This document shows, piece by piece, positions 49,661 through 58,484 of a DNA stretch of 64,000 nucleotides. This DNA is from Escherichia phage ph0011. Below the pieces are notes generated by a model. The model did no database searches. It saw only the letters and a list, made by a program, of their open reading frames with translations, and was not told where the DNA came from. Where the stretch lies: the sequence record OP557969.1; one strand, given 5' to 3'. The position numbers and the translations under genes were made by a program. Numbering within the stretch: position 1 is the stretch's first letter; every line of letters begins with the position of its first letter.

Positions 49661-50062
49661 ATGTTAAATGAACGTATTAAAAATGCACTATATGTATTGA
49701 ACCAAGAAGTTAATTCTATTAATAAAAGTACTGAGCGATATAAAGTATTACATGAAATTAGACAAGAATTGGAATCTATTAATAAGGGAAAATGGGTTCT
49801 TGAACGCGAACGAACTATTGTTGAAAAAGCAATTGCAAAATTCATCTCTGAACGTTATGGTAAAATTTCAGAGGAAGATGTACTAATGAACTTACATCTT
49901 TCACAAACGGAAGTGATGGAGAAATTTCATTTTGATTCATTAGACTGGTTGGAAATGATCATGGAATTGGAAGAAGAATTCAATGTAGAAGTAGATTTAT
50001 ATTATGAAAAACAAGAAACCAAACTATATGAACTAGCAGAACATATTAAACTAATGATGTAA
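49661..50062 (+). CDS. protein with acyl-carrier-protein-like C-terminal domain
   Basis: FDSLDWLEMIMELEEEFNVEV resembles ACP helix-II motif (DSLDTVELVMALEEEF) including the conserved Ser. Confidence 0.5.
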   Translation: MLNERIKNALYVLNQEVNSINKSTERYKVLHEIRQELESINKGKWVLERERTIVEKAIAKFISERYGKISEEDVLMNLHLSQTEVMEKFHFDSLDWLEMIMELEEEFNVEVDLYYEKQETKLYELAEHIKLMM

Positions 50063-50115
50063 ACATATACCATTATATACTCTAAATAATATCATCAACT
50101 ACAGGAGATGATATT

Positions 50116-50490
50116 ATGAGTGTACTAGAAATTATTGTTTCAAAAATTTTAATTCCATATTGGAAGCCGATTTCTTTTGCGTTATTACTCGGTGGTGCGG
50201 CATTATCAGGTTGGAAAGCTAATACTTATTATACTGGTTATCAGCAAAGTATCGAGCAACAAATAGCCAAACAGGTTGATGTCGCACTTGATAAAATGCA
50301 ACAGGAAAATGCAAAAAATTACATTGAAACAAAAAAAATCATGGAAGATAATGCTAAAGTTATTGAAACGAAAGTTCCTTATATAGTAGAACGCAAAGTT
50401 TATAAGAATGTGTGTTTAGATGAAGATGGCGTGAAAATTCTAAATGATCTAAAACAAAATTCACAAGCAATGAGGAATAAGTTAAAATGA
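50116..50490 (+). CDS. i-spanin-like protein (N-terminal TM plus periplasmic coiled coil)
   Basis: TM segment ISFALLLGGAALSGW; overlaps downstream lipoprotein gene. Confidence 0.55.
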   Translation: MSVLEIIVSKILIPYWKPISFALLLGGAALSGWKANTYYTGYQQSIEQQIAKQVDVALDKMQQENAKNYIETKKIMEDNAKVIETKVPYIVERKVYKNVCLDEDGVKILNDLKQNSQAMRNKLK

Positions 50491-50795
50491 AAAAAATATT
50501 AGTCCCAATGATTTCTTTTTTAATTATAAGTGGTTGTGCTGAACAAGCAAAACTACAATCACCTGCACCTATTAAACAAGAAATTCTATTAGAAAGATGT
50601 GATGATGATACACCTCTGCCACAAAAAATCATGATTGACAATAATGGTTTTAAAGGTTATGATGGTGCAGAAATTCTTAAAGTACTTACTCGTTGGGATG
50701 CAATCTATAATGAGTGTGCTTTAAAACATGATGCCTTGATTAAAACTATTCGCGATTTACAAGGCAAAGATATTAAAATTAATATCAAGGAATAA
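50487..50795 (+). CDS. o-spanin-like outer-membrane lipoprotein
   Basis: signal peptide with lipobox IISGC; start overlaps i-spanin stop (ATGA). Confidence 0.55.
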   Translation: MKKILVPMISFLIISGCAEQAKLQSPAPIKQEILLERCDDDTPLPQKIMIDNNGFKGYDGAEILKVLTRWDAIYNECALKHDALIKTIRDLQGKDIKINIKE

Positions 50796-50796
50796 A

Positions 50797-51414
50797 ATGA
50801 ACAAATATCATGTTTACTATAAGACTAATTTATCACTACTGGAAAAATTAAACCATAAAAGTACTAAGATTAAACACTACACATTAAATGGAATTACTTT
50901 TAAGTATTTTCCACAAAAAGTTCTTACATTTATTAAGAATCCAAAATGCATAGCATGTGGTATTGAAGCAACAGAAGTACGTATTGAACGTACATTTAGT
51001 TCTGACCCAATTTTCGGTAAACCACATTTAAATCTATATGCAGTATGTGGTCTTTATGAAGTTTTAATGACAGTTGACCATAATAATCTAGCATCAAAAG
51101 GTGGTCCAGATTTAGAGTCGAACTTTAATACTATGTGCTCCAGATGCAATCAACTACGTTCAAATAAAACTGAATCAGTTGATGAGTTTCTTGTGAAAGT
51201 TAAAGGTCGTAATCTTCTACAAGAACATATGAATAATTTCTTTAATGTGCAAAATGGACAAAAGAAAAATAGTATTGATAAATCAAAACTACTAGAAGAA
51301 CGTAGATTACAACAAGAATTATGGGAAACTGATCATTTATGGCATGTTCGAGAATTTGGTCGCCATATGAAAGCGTTAAAAAAAGAACAAAAGAAATTGA
51401 ACAATCACAATTAA
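50797..51414 (+). CDS. HNH endonuclease (free-standing, possible homing endonuclease)
   Basis: TVDHNNLASKGG ... N ... CSRCNQLRSN matches HNH motif. Confidence 0.65.
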   Translation: MNKYHVYYKTNLSLLEKLNHKSTKIKHYTLNGITFKYFPQKVLTFIKNPKCIACGIEATEVRIERTFSSDPIFGKPHLNLYAVCGLYEVLMTVDHNNLASKGGPDLESNFNTMCSRCNQLRSNKTESVDEFLVKVKGRNLLQEHMNNFFNVQNGQKKNSIDKSKLLEERRLQQELWETDHLWHVREFGRHMKALKKEQKKLNNHN

Positions 51415-51424
51415 TATGCTATGA

Positions 51425-51456
51425 TAGGGACTTGAGAAATCGAGTCCCTATTTTTT
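51425..51456 (+). terminator. rho-independent terminator
   Basis: 9-bp stem tagggactt/gagtcccta followed by TTTTTT. Confidence 0.65.
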
Positions 51457-51467
51457 GGAGAAAATAA

Positions 51468-51824
51468 ATGAAATCGAAAATCTTTTTACCACAATTAATG
51501 TGGCATCTGGCAGAGTTAGATGAAGATGATGAATACACTGACTATGGTACATGGGATGACAGTACTGAAACTTTCAAACCAGATATGAAATACAAAATCA
51601 TTTGCAACGAAAGTAAAGGGCACAGAAGGTGGACTGAAGAATTTGATCTCGTATTTCTTGACATGAGTACAAACAAGTTTTATCATTGTACATATGAACG
51701 AGGTTTAACAGAAGACAGACCAGTACAACCATTCAGTAATGAAACTGATGGTGTTAAGTGCAATGAAGTTTCTGTTATAAGAGAAGAAATTATCACTTAT
51801 CGAACTTTGTGGAAATATTTGTAA
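51468..51824 (+). CDS. hypothetical protein
   Basis: ORF track. Confidence 0.5.
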   Translation: MKSKIFLPQLMWHLAELDEDDEYTDYGTWDDSTETFKPDMKYKIICNESKGHRRWTEEFDLVFLDMSTNKFYHCTYERGLTEDRPVQPFSNETDGVKCNEVSVIREEIITYRTLWKYL

Positions 51825-51825
51825 A

Positions 51826-52224
51826 ATGCTTAAAGAATTAGATTTTTCAAACTTAGAAATTATCAGTGCTGTTAAAAACATCTCCGACATGGGAGATGAG
51901 AAATCAGTGCTTGTTACTATTACTTTTGTAAAAGAAGAAGATAGTTATAGTCATTTGACTGGTATTGAAGAACTAATTCATAAAACCAATCTTGAAAATA
52001 ATGGTAAACTCATCAAACTTCAGGCATCCTATATCCAAAAAACATCAAATTTTATAGACATAAATAATATAGTCAAGGTGGTATATAATCATCCTGACCA
52101 CAAATATAGGAATACATCAAGAAATGAAAATATTGCGAAAGATACTAACATCATAGAAGATGTTGACTTTATCAATACTATTTTTGATCGTTGCTCTATT
52201 GATTTGAAAAAAGTATACATGTAA
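51826..52224 (+). CDS. hypothetical protein
   Basis: ORF track. Confidence 0.5.
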   Translation: MLKELDFSNLEIISAVKNISDMGDEKSVLVTITFVKEEDSYSHLTGIEELIHKTNLENNGKLIKLQASYIQKTSNFIDINNIVKVVYNHPDHKYRNTSRNENIAKDTNIIEDVDFINTIFDRCSIDLKKVYM

Positions 52225-52244
52225 TGGGACAATAATTGAACCTG

Positions 52245-52253
52245 TGATATAAT
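52245..52253 (+). promoter_or_regulatory. extended -10 promoter element TGATATAAT
   Basis: exact 9-mer at the start of the non-coding island. Confidence 0.45.
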
Positions 52254-52546
52254 GTATATTGTAAAATGACAACGGACATTGTAAAAAATGGACACTGAAA
52301 ACCTAATTCACTTGAAAATGTAAAGGATAGATGAGCTTTACCGTTGTAGCGAACAGCAGAAGAAACCCGTTAGAGTACTGGCATTCAAACAAACACGATG
52401 TAAGACCACGAATCACGGCGACACGGCTGTATAAAGAACTCCGATAAGCATACAGAGAGTTCCTAGATAGATGTATAAGGTTCGCACCTTACCAGATTTG
52501 CTAAGGGAGTTTAAGAATGGCGAACGCAATTTTTACAAGAAAGTTG

Positions 52547-52563
52547 CGTCCAAAATTTGAGAA
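52547..52563 (+). repeat. 17-nt direct repeat copy 1 (cgtccaaaatttgagaa)
   Basis: identical to 52700-52716; extended repeat agaaag..cgtccaaaatttgagaa. Confidence 0.6.
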
Positions 52564-52699
52564 CAAGTACTACTTTGATCGAATAGAGTTAGTACTGAGT
52601 GCTGTTGATGAAAAGACCAGCGACCGTTGCATATGACTGCGATAGAGAGAAACCGAGCAACCCGCTTTCGCTCTCTAAATCTTTGGTACGAGAAAGATC

Positions 52700-52716
52700 C
52701 GTCCAAAATTTGAGAA
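52700..52716 (+). repeat. 17-nt direct repeat copy 2 (cgtccaaaatttgagaa)
   Basis: identical to 52547-52563. Confidence 0.6.
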
Positions 52717-52754
52717 ATTCGCAATTCGATAATATCCGATGCCATCAGCGTCAA

Positions 52755-52780
52755 GAAGAGACTTAATTGTCTCTTTTTTA
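52755..52780 (+). terminator. rho-independent terminator
   Basis: stem gagac/gtctc (loop ttaatt) followed by TTTTTT. Confidence 0.6.
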
Positions 52781-52784
52781 TTAC

Positions 52785-52809
52785 TTTCATTCCCCTGTGG
52801 GGGATGAAA
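52785..52809 (+). other. 11-bp-stem hairpin
   Basis: tttcattcccc tgt ggggatgaaa; no T-tract. Confidence 0.5.
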
Positions 52810-52873
52810 TAGTCCTCAACAAATCCCGTCAAGTTATTAAAATACATTATCATTATTCAGAAGTAACAAGTTT

Positions 52874-52919
52874 ACGAAGTAAACGAAGTGACTTCTTGGG
52901 TTGCGAGAGAACGAAGTGA
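52874..52919 (+). promoter_or_regulatory. three direct repeats of ACGAAGT(A/G)A upstream of 52920 gene
   Basis: copies at 52874, 52883 and 52911; third copy sits where an SD would be. Confidence 0.35.
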
Positions 52920-53348
52920 ATGAGTAACACAACGAAAATATATAATAAATCTGAATTAACACAATTGTTATTCAAAGAATATTTTGAGTTTCAGATAAAA
53001 GACGAACATCAATTACCACAACAATACTTGAAAAGAATTAAAGATACGTCAGTAATTACTAAAGAAACTAATTTTTATAATAGTATTTTGGATTTCGTTA
53101 AATCAGTTCATACGACAAGACCTATTGTAGTTTTGTTTTTTGATAAATCTATCCCTTTAGTAGTTCCCGAAAATGTATTTTTTATCTCAGAAACTGATTT
53201 AAATAACCAAAGTACTATAAGTAGATTAAGAAATTGCTTACTTGTAGTATGTGATTCTTATTTGTATAATAACAGAATACTATGGGATAGAAGCAAACGC
53301 AATGCAATTTCGGAAATGAACCCTGAACTTACATTTATTATTAACTAA
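52920..53348 (+). CDS. hypothetical protein
   Basis: ORF track; no canonical SD. Confidence 0.5.
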   Translation: MSNTTKIYNKSELTQLLFKEYFEFQIKDEHQLPQQYLKRIKDTSVITKETNFYNSILDFVKSVHTTRPIVVLFFDKSIPLVVPENVFFISETDLNNQSTISRLRNCLLVVCDSYLYNNRILWDRSKRNAISEMNPELTFIIN

Positions 53349-53354
53349 ATACCA

Positions 53355-53362
53355 TATAAATA
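53355..53362 (+). promoter_or_regulatory. T4-type late promoter motif TATAAATA
   Basis: exact octamer 18 nt upstream of ATG 53381. Confidence 0.45.
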
Positions 53363-53380
53363 ACTCTAAGGAGAGATTTT

Positions 53381-53821
53381 ATGGAAAATATTGAAAATTT
53401 GAGACATGTTATGGATTTTATCATTGATACTGAAGAAGATAGTGCTTATGATGAAATCCTACTAACTTTTATTGAAAATAGTTTGTTTTTAAGTTCTGCT
53501 GCACATAACTGGCATTTACAAAGCCGATTCTATACTAAGCATCTTCAACTGGATGAACTATACAAAGAGTTACCTGAGTATGTTGATGCATTTGTAGAGG
53601 GTATTATGAACACACGCGGTGCATTACAGGTAGGAACTGGTAACAGTTATCGTTTTACCCCTATCGAAGATTGTGTACCAATTCTTGAAGAATATGCGAG
53701 TCAATGTAAAGCCATTCATGCTATGCTTGAGGAAGCTGAAGACTATGGCAGTACTAACACATTAGAAGATATTATTAGTTTTGTAGACGGTGTGCTTTAC
53801 AAACTTAAAGTTTTACAATAA
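53381..53821 (+). CDS. hypothetical protein, possible ferritin/Dps-like four-helix protein
   Basis: AAHNWHLQSRFYTKHLQLDELY loosely resembles the Dps HWN..G..F...HE..D signature; weak inference. Confidence 0.5.
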   Translation: MENIENLRHVMDFIIDTEEDSAYDEILLTFIENSLFLSSAAHNWHLQSRFYTKHLQLDELYKELPEYVDAFVEGIMNTRGALQVGTGNSYRFTPIEDCVPILEEYASQCKAIHAMLEEAEDYGSTNTLEDIISFVDGVLYKLKVLQ

Positions 53822-53827
53822 AATATA

Positions 53828-53858
53828 TGGAGAGTCATTATGACTCTCCATTTCTTTT
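53828..53858 (+). terminator. rho-independent terminator
   Basis: perfect 10-bp stem tggagagtca/tgactctcca followed by TTTCTTTT. Confidence 0.65.
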
Positions 53859-53869
53859 GGAGGATATAT

Positions 53870-54223
53870 ATGAGTGATTACCGAGTAACATCTGGACTAA
53901 TGGCCCGACTTATTGAAGCAGTTCCTAAAGAGGATTATGAAGCTATTTCAGATCGTCTTTTTGACGCAGATTCTAAACTCCATATTACATATGATGGTAC
54001 ATTAATTTACAGTACTGATATTGATATTCCTAGCTATGAATTTGAGATTTCTTTTGGTAGCAAACTAAGTACTGAAGAATTCGCTCGAAAATGTGAGCGT
54101 GAAGGGCTGTGTATTGATATCAGTTCAGTTCAGCCATACACGTCACTGTGGTATGATGGTGCTGATAGTCCAATGTCTACTACAACTTTACAGGATTTTC
54201 TAAATGCAAATAAAAAAGATTAA
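53870..54223 (+). CDS. hypothetical protein
   Basis: ATG 53870 after GGAGG; ORF-track start 53840 lies inside the terminator hairpin. Confidence 0.5.
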   Translation: MSDYRVTSGLMARLIEAVPKEDYEAISDRLFDADSKLHITYDGTLIYSTDIDIPSYEFEISFGSKLSTEEFARKCEREGLCIDISSVQPYTSLWYDGADSPMSTTTLQDFLNANKKD

Positions 54224-54596
54224 ATTCCACCAGCATTGTTCTATACATGAATGTGATGATTGTGGTATGAACATGAGTGACATTTATACAGTTTCCTGTA
54301 AAGGATTCAAATTCACACACGGTGAACCTGCTTATTGTTATGGGACAGAAGAAGGTGATATCGAAGTAGTACTGAAAGAATTGTTCCAGTACTTGCAAAG
54401 TGCTGGTTATGATGTTACAATGCCCACATATTACGAAGATGATTATGACTCACATGTAGAAGAAAATACATATTATAATCAATTTGTTCATGGTAATGGA
54501 TTTATCACATACCTTCATGAGAATGGTATTGAGGTAAAAACTAAGTACACAAGTGATGATTACGAAAGTGATGACTCTATGGAGATTGAAGATTGA
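54204..54596 (+). CDS. hypothetical acidic protein
   Basis: ORF track. Confidence 0.45.
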   Translation: MQIKKIKFHQHCSIHECDDCGMNMSDIYTVSCKGFKFTHGEPAYCYGTEEGDIEVVLKELFQYLQSAGYDVTMPTYYEDDYDSHVEENTYYNQFVHGNGFITYLHENGIEVKTKYTSDDYESDDSMEIED

Positions 54597-55177
54597 AAGC
54601 AAAAGACCTAGCAGCACTGTTGATGCAGAATCCTGAAATGGAAGTTTATCATGAGCATATGCATATTGATGATATGTATGAAGCGTACTATTCACCAGAA
54701 AATGTATCTGGTATTGAAATCACACCAAGTGGTGTATTCATCAGTACTGAACGTATTGATTACAATTCCCAGCAAGAAATCAAAACTCCACATAAAAAAC
54801 CTCGCATTGGTGCTATTGAACTTGTATTTCAACAGGATCGTCTGGTTGAGTACAACGAAGACGATGGTTCTACTCGAACTGATGTTGAGAATGTTGTTTT
54901 TCGTTTTTATAATGCATATGAAGACCCAACAACAGGTGAAGATTTCTTCCGTGAACTATTAAATGATGGGGAAGTTTATGGTGAAGATGGAACTGTGTTT
55001 GTATTGGACCCTAATTATGATCCAGATCACAACACATGGCAATTCTATACACCACAAGATGTAATGGAGGTTAAAGTACTTACTGACATTGACGATATGT
55101 GGAATCCAGTATATACTTCGATGACATTTGACGAAGCAAAGAAATACTTCGTTTCTAAACTAAACATTAAACAATAG
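54593..55177 (+). CDS. hypothetical protein (TTG start)
   Basis: GGAG 8 nt upstream of TTG. Confidence 0.5.
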   Translation: MKAKDLAALLMQNPEMEVYHEHMHIDDMYEAYYSPENVSGIEITPSGVFISTERIDYNSQQEIKTPHKKPRIGAIELVFQQDRLVEYNEDDGSTRTDVENVVFRFYNAYEDPTTGEDFFRELLNDGEVYGEDGTVFVLDPNYDPDHNTWQFYTPQDVMEVKVLTDIDDMWNPVYTSMTFDEAKKYFVSKLNIKQ

Positions 55178-55191
55178 GGATTCTCGAATTT

Positions 55192-55473
55192 ATGAAAATT
55201 GTTGCAAGTGCATGGATGAAACAATCAGATGGTACAAGTGCTTTTGAAGAGTATGGTTTTGTTGAAAGTGTAGAAGAATTAAATCGTTTCAAAAGTGAAA
55301 ATGATGATGATGTATTTGATATTGTATTCACCTATCACCATATTCCAAATGATACCGATTATGAACATTATTATTACAATCCTGACCTATTGGAAATTCT
55401 AGTGTGCGACAATCAACATGAAATTGATGAAAACACTGCTCTACTAATGTTGAGCACTGTGTCTCCGGTATAA
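55192..55473 (+). CDS. hypothetical protein
   Basis: ORF track. Confidence 0.5.
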   Translation: MKIVASAWMKQSDGTSAFEEYGFVESVEELNRFKSENDDDVFDIVFTYHHIPNDTDYEHYYYNPDLLEILVCDNQHEIDENTALLMLSTVSPV

Positions 55474-55481
55474 GGAGTTAT

Positions 55482-55961
55482 ATGTATAACCTTACAATTA
55501 TCCGCGAACCAAATGAATATGATGGTGATACGACATATGGTGAAGTTTTGGTATTTCAAAGTGCTGAACAAAGTGAAATTGAACGTGAATTAAAAGATTA
55601 TTTACGTGAACATTTATATCTATACCGTACTGATGCAAATTGTCATTATGGTGATATAATGTTTATTGTAACACACAATGGTGTAGTAATTGAATATGTG
55701 AATATGACAAATGCTATGGATTTTCTTAATTACACTGATACTTCTACACCATTGGATAATTATTTCAGTACTGTTTTTGATGAATTACGTAAGAACGTTT
55801 CTAGAAATGATAGATTCTGCACTAATGTTGGATTATTAGAATCAAATACAAGAAAGAATCTTTCTAAAAAGTATGATGAAGAACGTAAGAAAAATTTGGA
55901 AATTAAACATTTGCATGAGTTAATGAAGAAATATCCCAACGAGGTCAAATATGGCTCTTAG
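55482..55961 (+). CDS. hypothetical protein
   Basis: ORF track. Confidence 0.5.
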   Translation: MYNLTIIREPNEYDGDTTYGEVLVFQSAEQSEIERELKDYLREHLYLYRTDANCHYGDIMFIVTHNGVVIEYVNMTNAMDFLNYTDTSTPLDNYFSTVFDELRKNVSRNDRFCTNVGLLESNTRKNLSKKYDEERKKNLEIKHLHELMKKYPNEVKYGS

Positions 55962-56289
55962 AGGACAAACTCAATATAAGTGTATTGAAGAAATAAGAAA
56001 GAAAGACGGAACACTTTTTGACAGGAAATTAAAACAAGAATATAAAGACCTAAGAGATGTTATACGAAATGAAAGTTTCGGTGGGAAGCGTAGACAGAAG
56101 ATTTATGAATTTCTGAAGAATGGTTTAGAAATTCAAGTCAATGGACTTCATTGTGTACAAACTAAAAACGATCCAGATATTTTACGTCTTTTAAAAGAGG
56201 GTAAAATAGAAATGTTCAATACCCCAATTTCATCCTATGGTAATAGATTAAAATGTAAGCACACATACTTAAGGATTAAAAATGGGTAA
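55951..56289 (+). CDS. hypothetical protein
   Basis: ORF track. Confidence 0.5.
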   Translation: MALRGQTQYKCIEEIRKKDGTLFDRKLKQEYKDLRDVIRNESFGGKRRQKIYEFLKNGLEIQVNGLHCVQTKNDPDILRLLKEGKIEMFNTPISSYGNRLKCKHTYLRIKNG

Positions 56290-56866
56290 ATTAGTATATT
56301 ACTATGGTAGTATGTCTAGTGGTAAAAGTACTCATCTTTTGCAAAAAGCATATAACCATAAGAAAAATGGAATGAAGGTAATTTACTTAACCAGTGCACT
56401 TGATGATCGTTATGGAACTGGAAAGATTACTTCAAGGATTGGCATCGAAGCTGAGGCTGAAGTAATTCCAAAAAATGACATTAGTGTTCTTCTTAAAGTT
56501 AAAGAAACTCTCAATAATGATGTTGACATTAACAGTATCTATGTTGATGAATGTCAATTTTTAAACAGGGAACAGATTGACCATTTAGCTGATATCGCAG
56601 ATAATTATGGTGTTGATGTTTCTTGTTATGGAATCCGAACAGATTTTGAATCCAACCTATTTGAAGGTTCACAAAGACTGTTTGAAATAGCTGATGACAT
56701 ACACGAACTTAAGAACGTGTGTGAGAATAAGAAGTGTGGTAAAGAAGCTACCATGAATGCTCGTATAGTTGAAAGTACGGAGAAAGTGTTTATTGGTGGT
56801 GACGAATCATATAAAAGCCTATGCAGAAAATGTTACAAAGACTATATGAGGAATAAAAATGGTTGA
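56282..56866 (+). CDS. tk: thymidine kinase
   Basis: P-loop GSMSSGKST, VDECQF, GIRTDFESNLFEGS, C-terminal zinc Cys pairs; collinear with T4 Tk. Confidence 0.85.
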   Translation: MGKLVYYYGSMSSGKSTHLLQKAYNHKKNGMKVIYLTSALDDRYGTGKITSRIGIEAEAEVIPKNDISVLLKVKETLNNDVDINSIYVDECQFLNREQIDHLADIADNYGVDVSCYGIRTDFESNLFEGSQRLFEIADDIHELKNVCENKKCGKEATMNARIVESTEKVFIGGDESYKSLCRKCYKDYMRNKNG

Positions 56867-57080
56867 TACATTATTGAAACGCGTTTTGAATAACGTACTA
56901 TATGGATTAAAAAAAGCAACAAATCTTATTTTTAGTTCAGTAGAAATGATTATTACAGTGCTGGTATTTTCACTTGTGCTACATTTTGTACCATTCTGGT
57001 TAGTTTTCATTGCACTCATTATTACACTTGGTGTACATGTTTATAATGTTTACTTAGAATTAATGAAAGATGGTGATTAA
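56859..57080 (+). CDS. small membrane protein
   Basis: two TM helices. Confidence 0.5.
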   Translation: MVDTLLKRVLNNVLYGLKKATNLIFSSVEMIITVLVFSLVLHFVPFWLVFIALIITLGVHVYNVYLELMKDGD

Positions 57081-57088
57081 ATTTAGTT

Positions 57089-57115
57089 AGACCTCACTAT
57101 GTGGGGTCTTTTTTT
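57089..57115 (+). terminator. rho-independent terminator
   Basis: stem agacctcac/gtggggtct followed by TTTTTTT. Confidence 0.6.
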
Positions 57116-57127
57116 AAGGTAAATGAT

Positions 57128-57571
57128 ATGCATATTGAGGTAGAGACATTCAAACGTTTTATCGACATTTGTCGTCATACGAGTCTTGTATATTTGGGTC
57201 CAGGTGCAAACTTCAGAACATTATCTTCAATTTTAGGATATACTGAGCCATCATGTATATATTATGATGGTAATATGATTCATCTCACTGATGGTGATTT
57301 TAATGTTCAGTACATTTCCCAATGTGATATGTATGTGTTTAATACACCAGAATATAATATTATTATTGAAGAACGTACTAAAGATAATTACCCAACCAAA
57401 TATGTAAGTTGGGATAGAACAGACTGTGTATATGCTACTGGACCAGTACAGAAACCTATGAATTATCCTACTATTCATTTGAATTTTATCCATGATGAAA
57501 TAAAAGATTACTGTAACAGTATTTCTGATTCAGAAACAAAATACTTTCCTATTATATTTTTTAAGGTTTGA
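57128..57571 (+). CDS. hypothetical protein
   Basis: ATG 57128; ORF-track GTG 57101 lies inside the terminator. Confidence 0.5.
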   Translation: MHIEVETFKRFIDICRHTSLVYLGPGANFRTLSSILGYTEPSCIYYDGNMIHLTDGDFNVQYISQCDMYVFNTPEYNIIIEERTKDNYPTKYVSWDRTDCVYATGPVQKPMNYPTIHLNFIHDEIKDYCNSISDSETKYFPIIFFKV

Positions 57572-57963
57572 TTATGAGATGGCGTAAACGACACGTAAAA
57601 AGATTTGATAAAATAATCAAAAAGTATTTCTCGCACAAGATAGATCCAATGGTCCTTCAGATAAGGAATAGTATCTTTGACCGACGTTACCCACAGTGTT
57701 TAGAATCATTAGGTCGTAAGCGTTCCAAGAATGAATATCAGGTATATCGTTATGATTTATCAGAATTCTTTTTGAATACTCGTGTATCTGTTCCAATCCG
57801 AGTGTACTCAAGGGTAAAACGAAGTAGAATTCAAGATATCACGTATGGTTATCTTATGCTTGAAATTAGCGAACTCAATGAAAAAATGGGTAGAAATTTC
57901 AGTACTTTATGCCTAGAAAACCATGATACGATCAAAAGAATAATAGAAGAGATGGGAAAGTAG
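57568..57963 (+). CDS. hypothetical basic protein
   Basis: ORF track. Confidence 0.5.
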   Translation: MIMRWRKRHVKRFDKIIKKYFSHKIDPMVLQIRNSIFDRRYPQCLESLGRKRSKNEYQVYRYDLSEFFLNTRVSVPIRVYSRVKRSRIQDITYGYLMLEISELNEKMGRNFSTLCLENHDTIKRIIEEMGK

Positions 57964-57992
57964 GATTTTTAGTGCTATAATTGGAGATGTGT

Positions 57993-58337
57993 ATGAAATA
58001 TATTGATAAAGGTACAGTTGAGACGCAGTACTGGAATATTCATATGGCTGGTGATATCCAAACAGCAAGGGAGTACACAAGAAAATTTGCATTCAATCAT
58101 GGTTTTTGTGTACAATTGACCCCATGTGAATACATCTATACTGGTGGTCTTGAAAGTGGAATATGTGCTCGTATTATTCAGTACCCACGCTTCCCAAAAG
58201 AAGAAGTATATCTCAACAGAGATGTATTAAACTATGCTAAGGGTTTAGCTGAAGAGATGTGTCAAAAGAGTTTTACTATTGAGCGAAACAATGATACAAT
58301 CTATTATGAAAGCGATGAACCTTTACACAAGAAATAA
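57993..58337 (+). CDS. hypothetical protein
   Basis: ATG 57993 after GGAG. Confidence 0.5.
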   Translation: MKYIDKGTVETQYWNIHMAGDIQTAREYTRKFAFNHGFCVQLTPCEYIYTGGLESGICARIIQYPRFPKEEVYLNRDVLNYAKGLAEEMCQKSFTIERNNDTIYYESDEPLHKK

Positions 58338-58348
58338 AAGGAAAATAT

Positions 58349-58480
58349 ATGAATGGACTAAAGAAGTTTGGTAAAGATTTTCTAAAATGTATACGTTATA
58401 CATATGATGCAAATCCAGAAATGACTGCTATTGTAGGTGTGTTTATTGCACTCGTTGTATTAAGTTTTATTATGGTGTAA
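58349..58480 (+). CDS. small membrane protein (43 aa)
   Basis: SD aagga 7 nt upstream; C-terminal TM IVGVFIALVVLSFIMV; below ORF-track cutoff. Confidence 0.4.
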   Translation: MNGLKKFGKDFLKCIRYTYDANPEMTAIVGVFIALVVLSFIMV

Positions 58481-58484
58481 AAAT

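Larger units (their letters stand above)
52262..52780 (+). ncRNA. candidate structured non-coding transcript in a GC-rich island
   Basis: no ORF of 60 aa or more on + strand across ~690 bp; hand-counted ~49% GC in a 90-nt sample versus AT-rich surroundings; promoter motif upstream and hairpin terminator at 3' end. Confidence 0.3.

Noticed and set aside
52470-52495. tRNA-like T-loop (ggttcgcacc) in the GC-rich island
   Set aside because: No matching D-loop or acceptor stem could be built by eye; T-loop deviates from GGTTCGAnTCC. Left as generic ncRNA candidate.
52262-52780. Retron msr/msd or self-splicing intron
   Set aside because: No reverse transcriptase or intron-encoded ORF nearby, repeats are direct rather than inverted, and the element lies between genes rather than within one.
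52533-52853. 106-aa minus-strand ORF spanning the non-coding island
   Set aside because: No SD, runs through the terminator hairpins, low-complexity product, and every neighbouring gene is on the + strand; probably a chance ORF.
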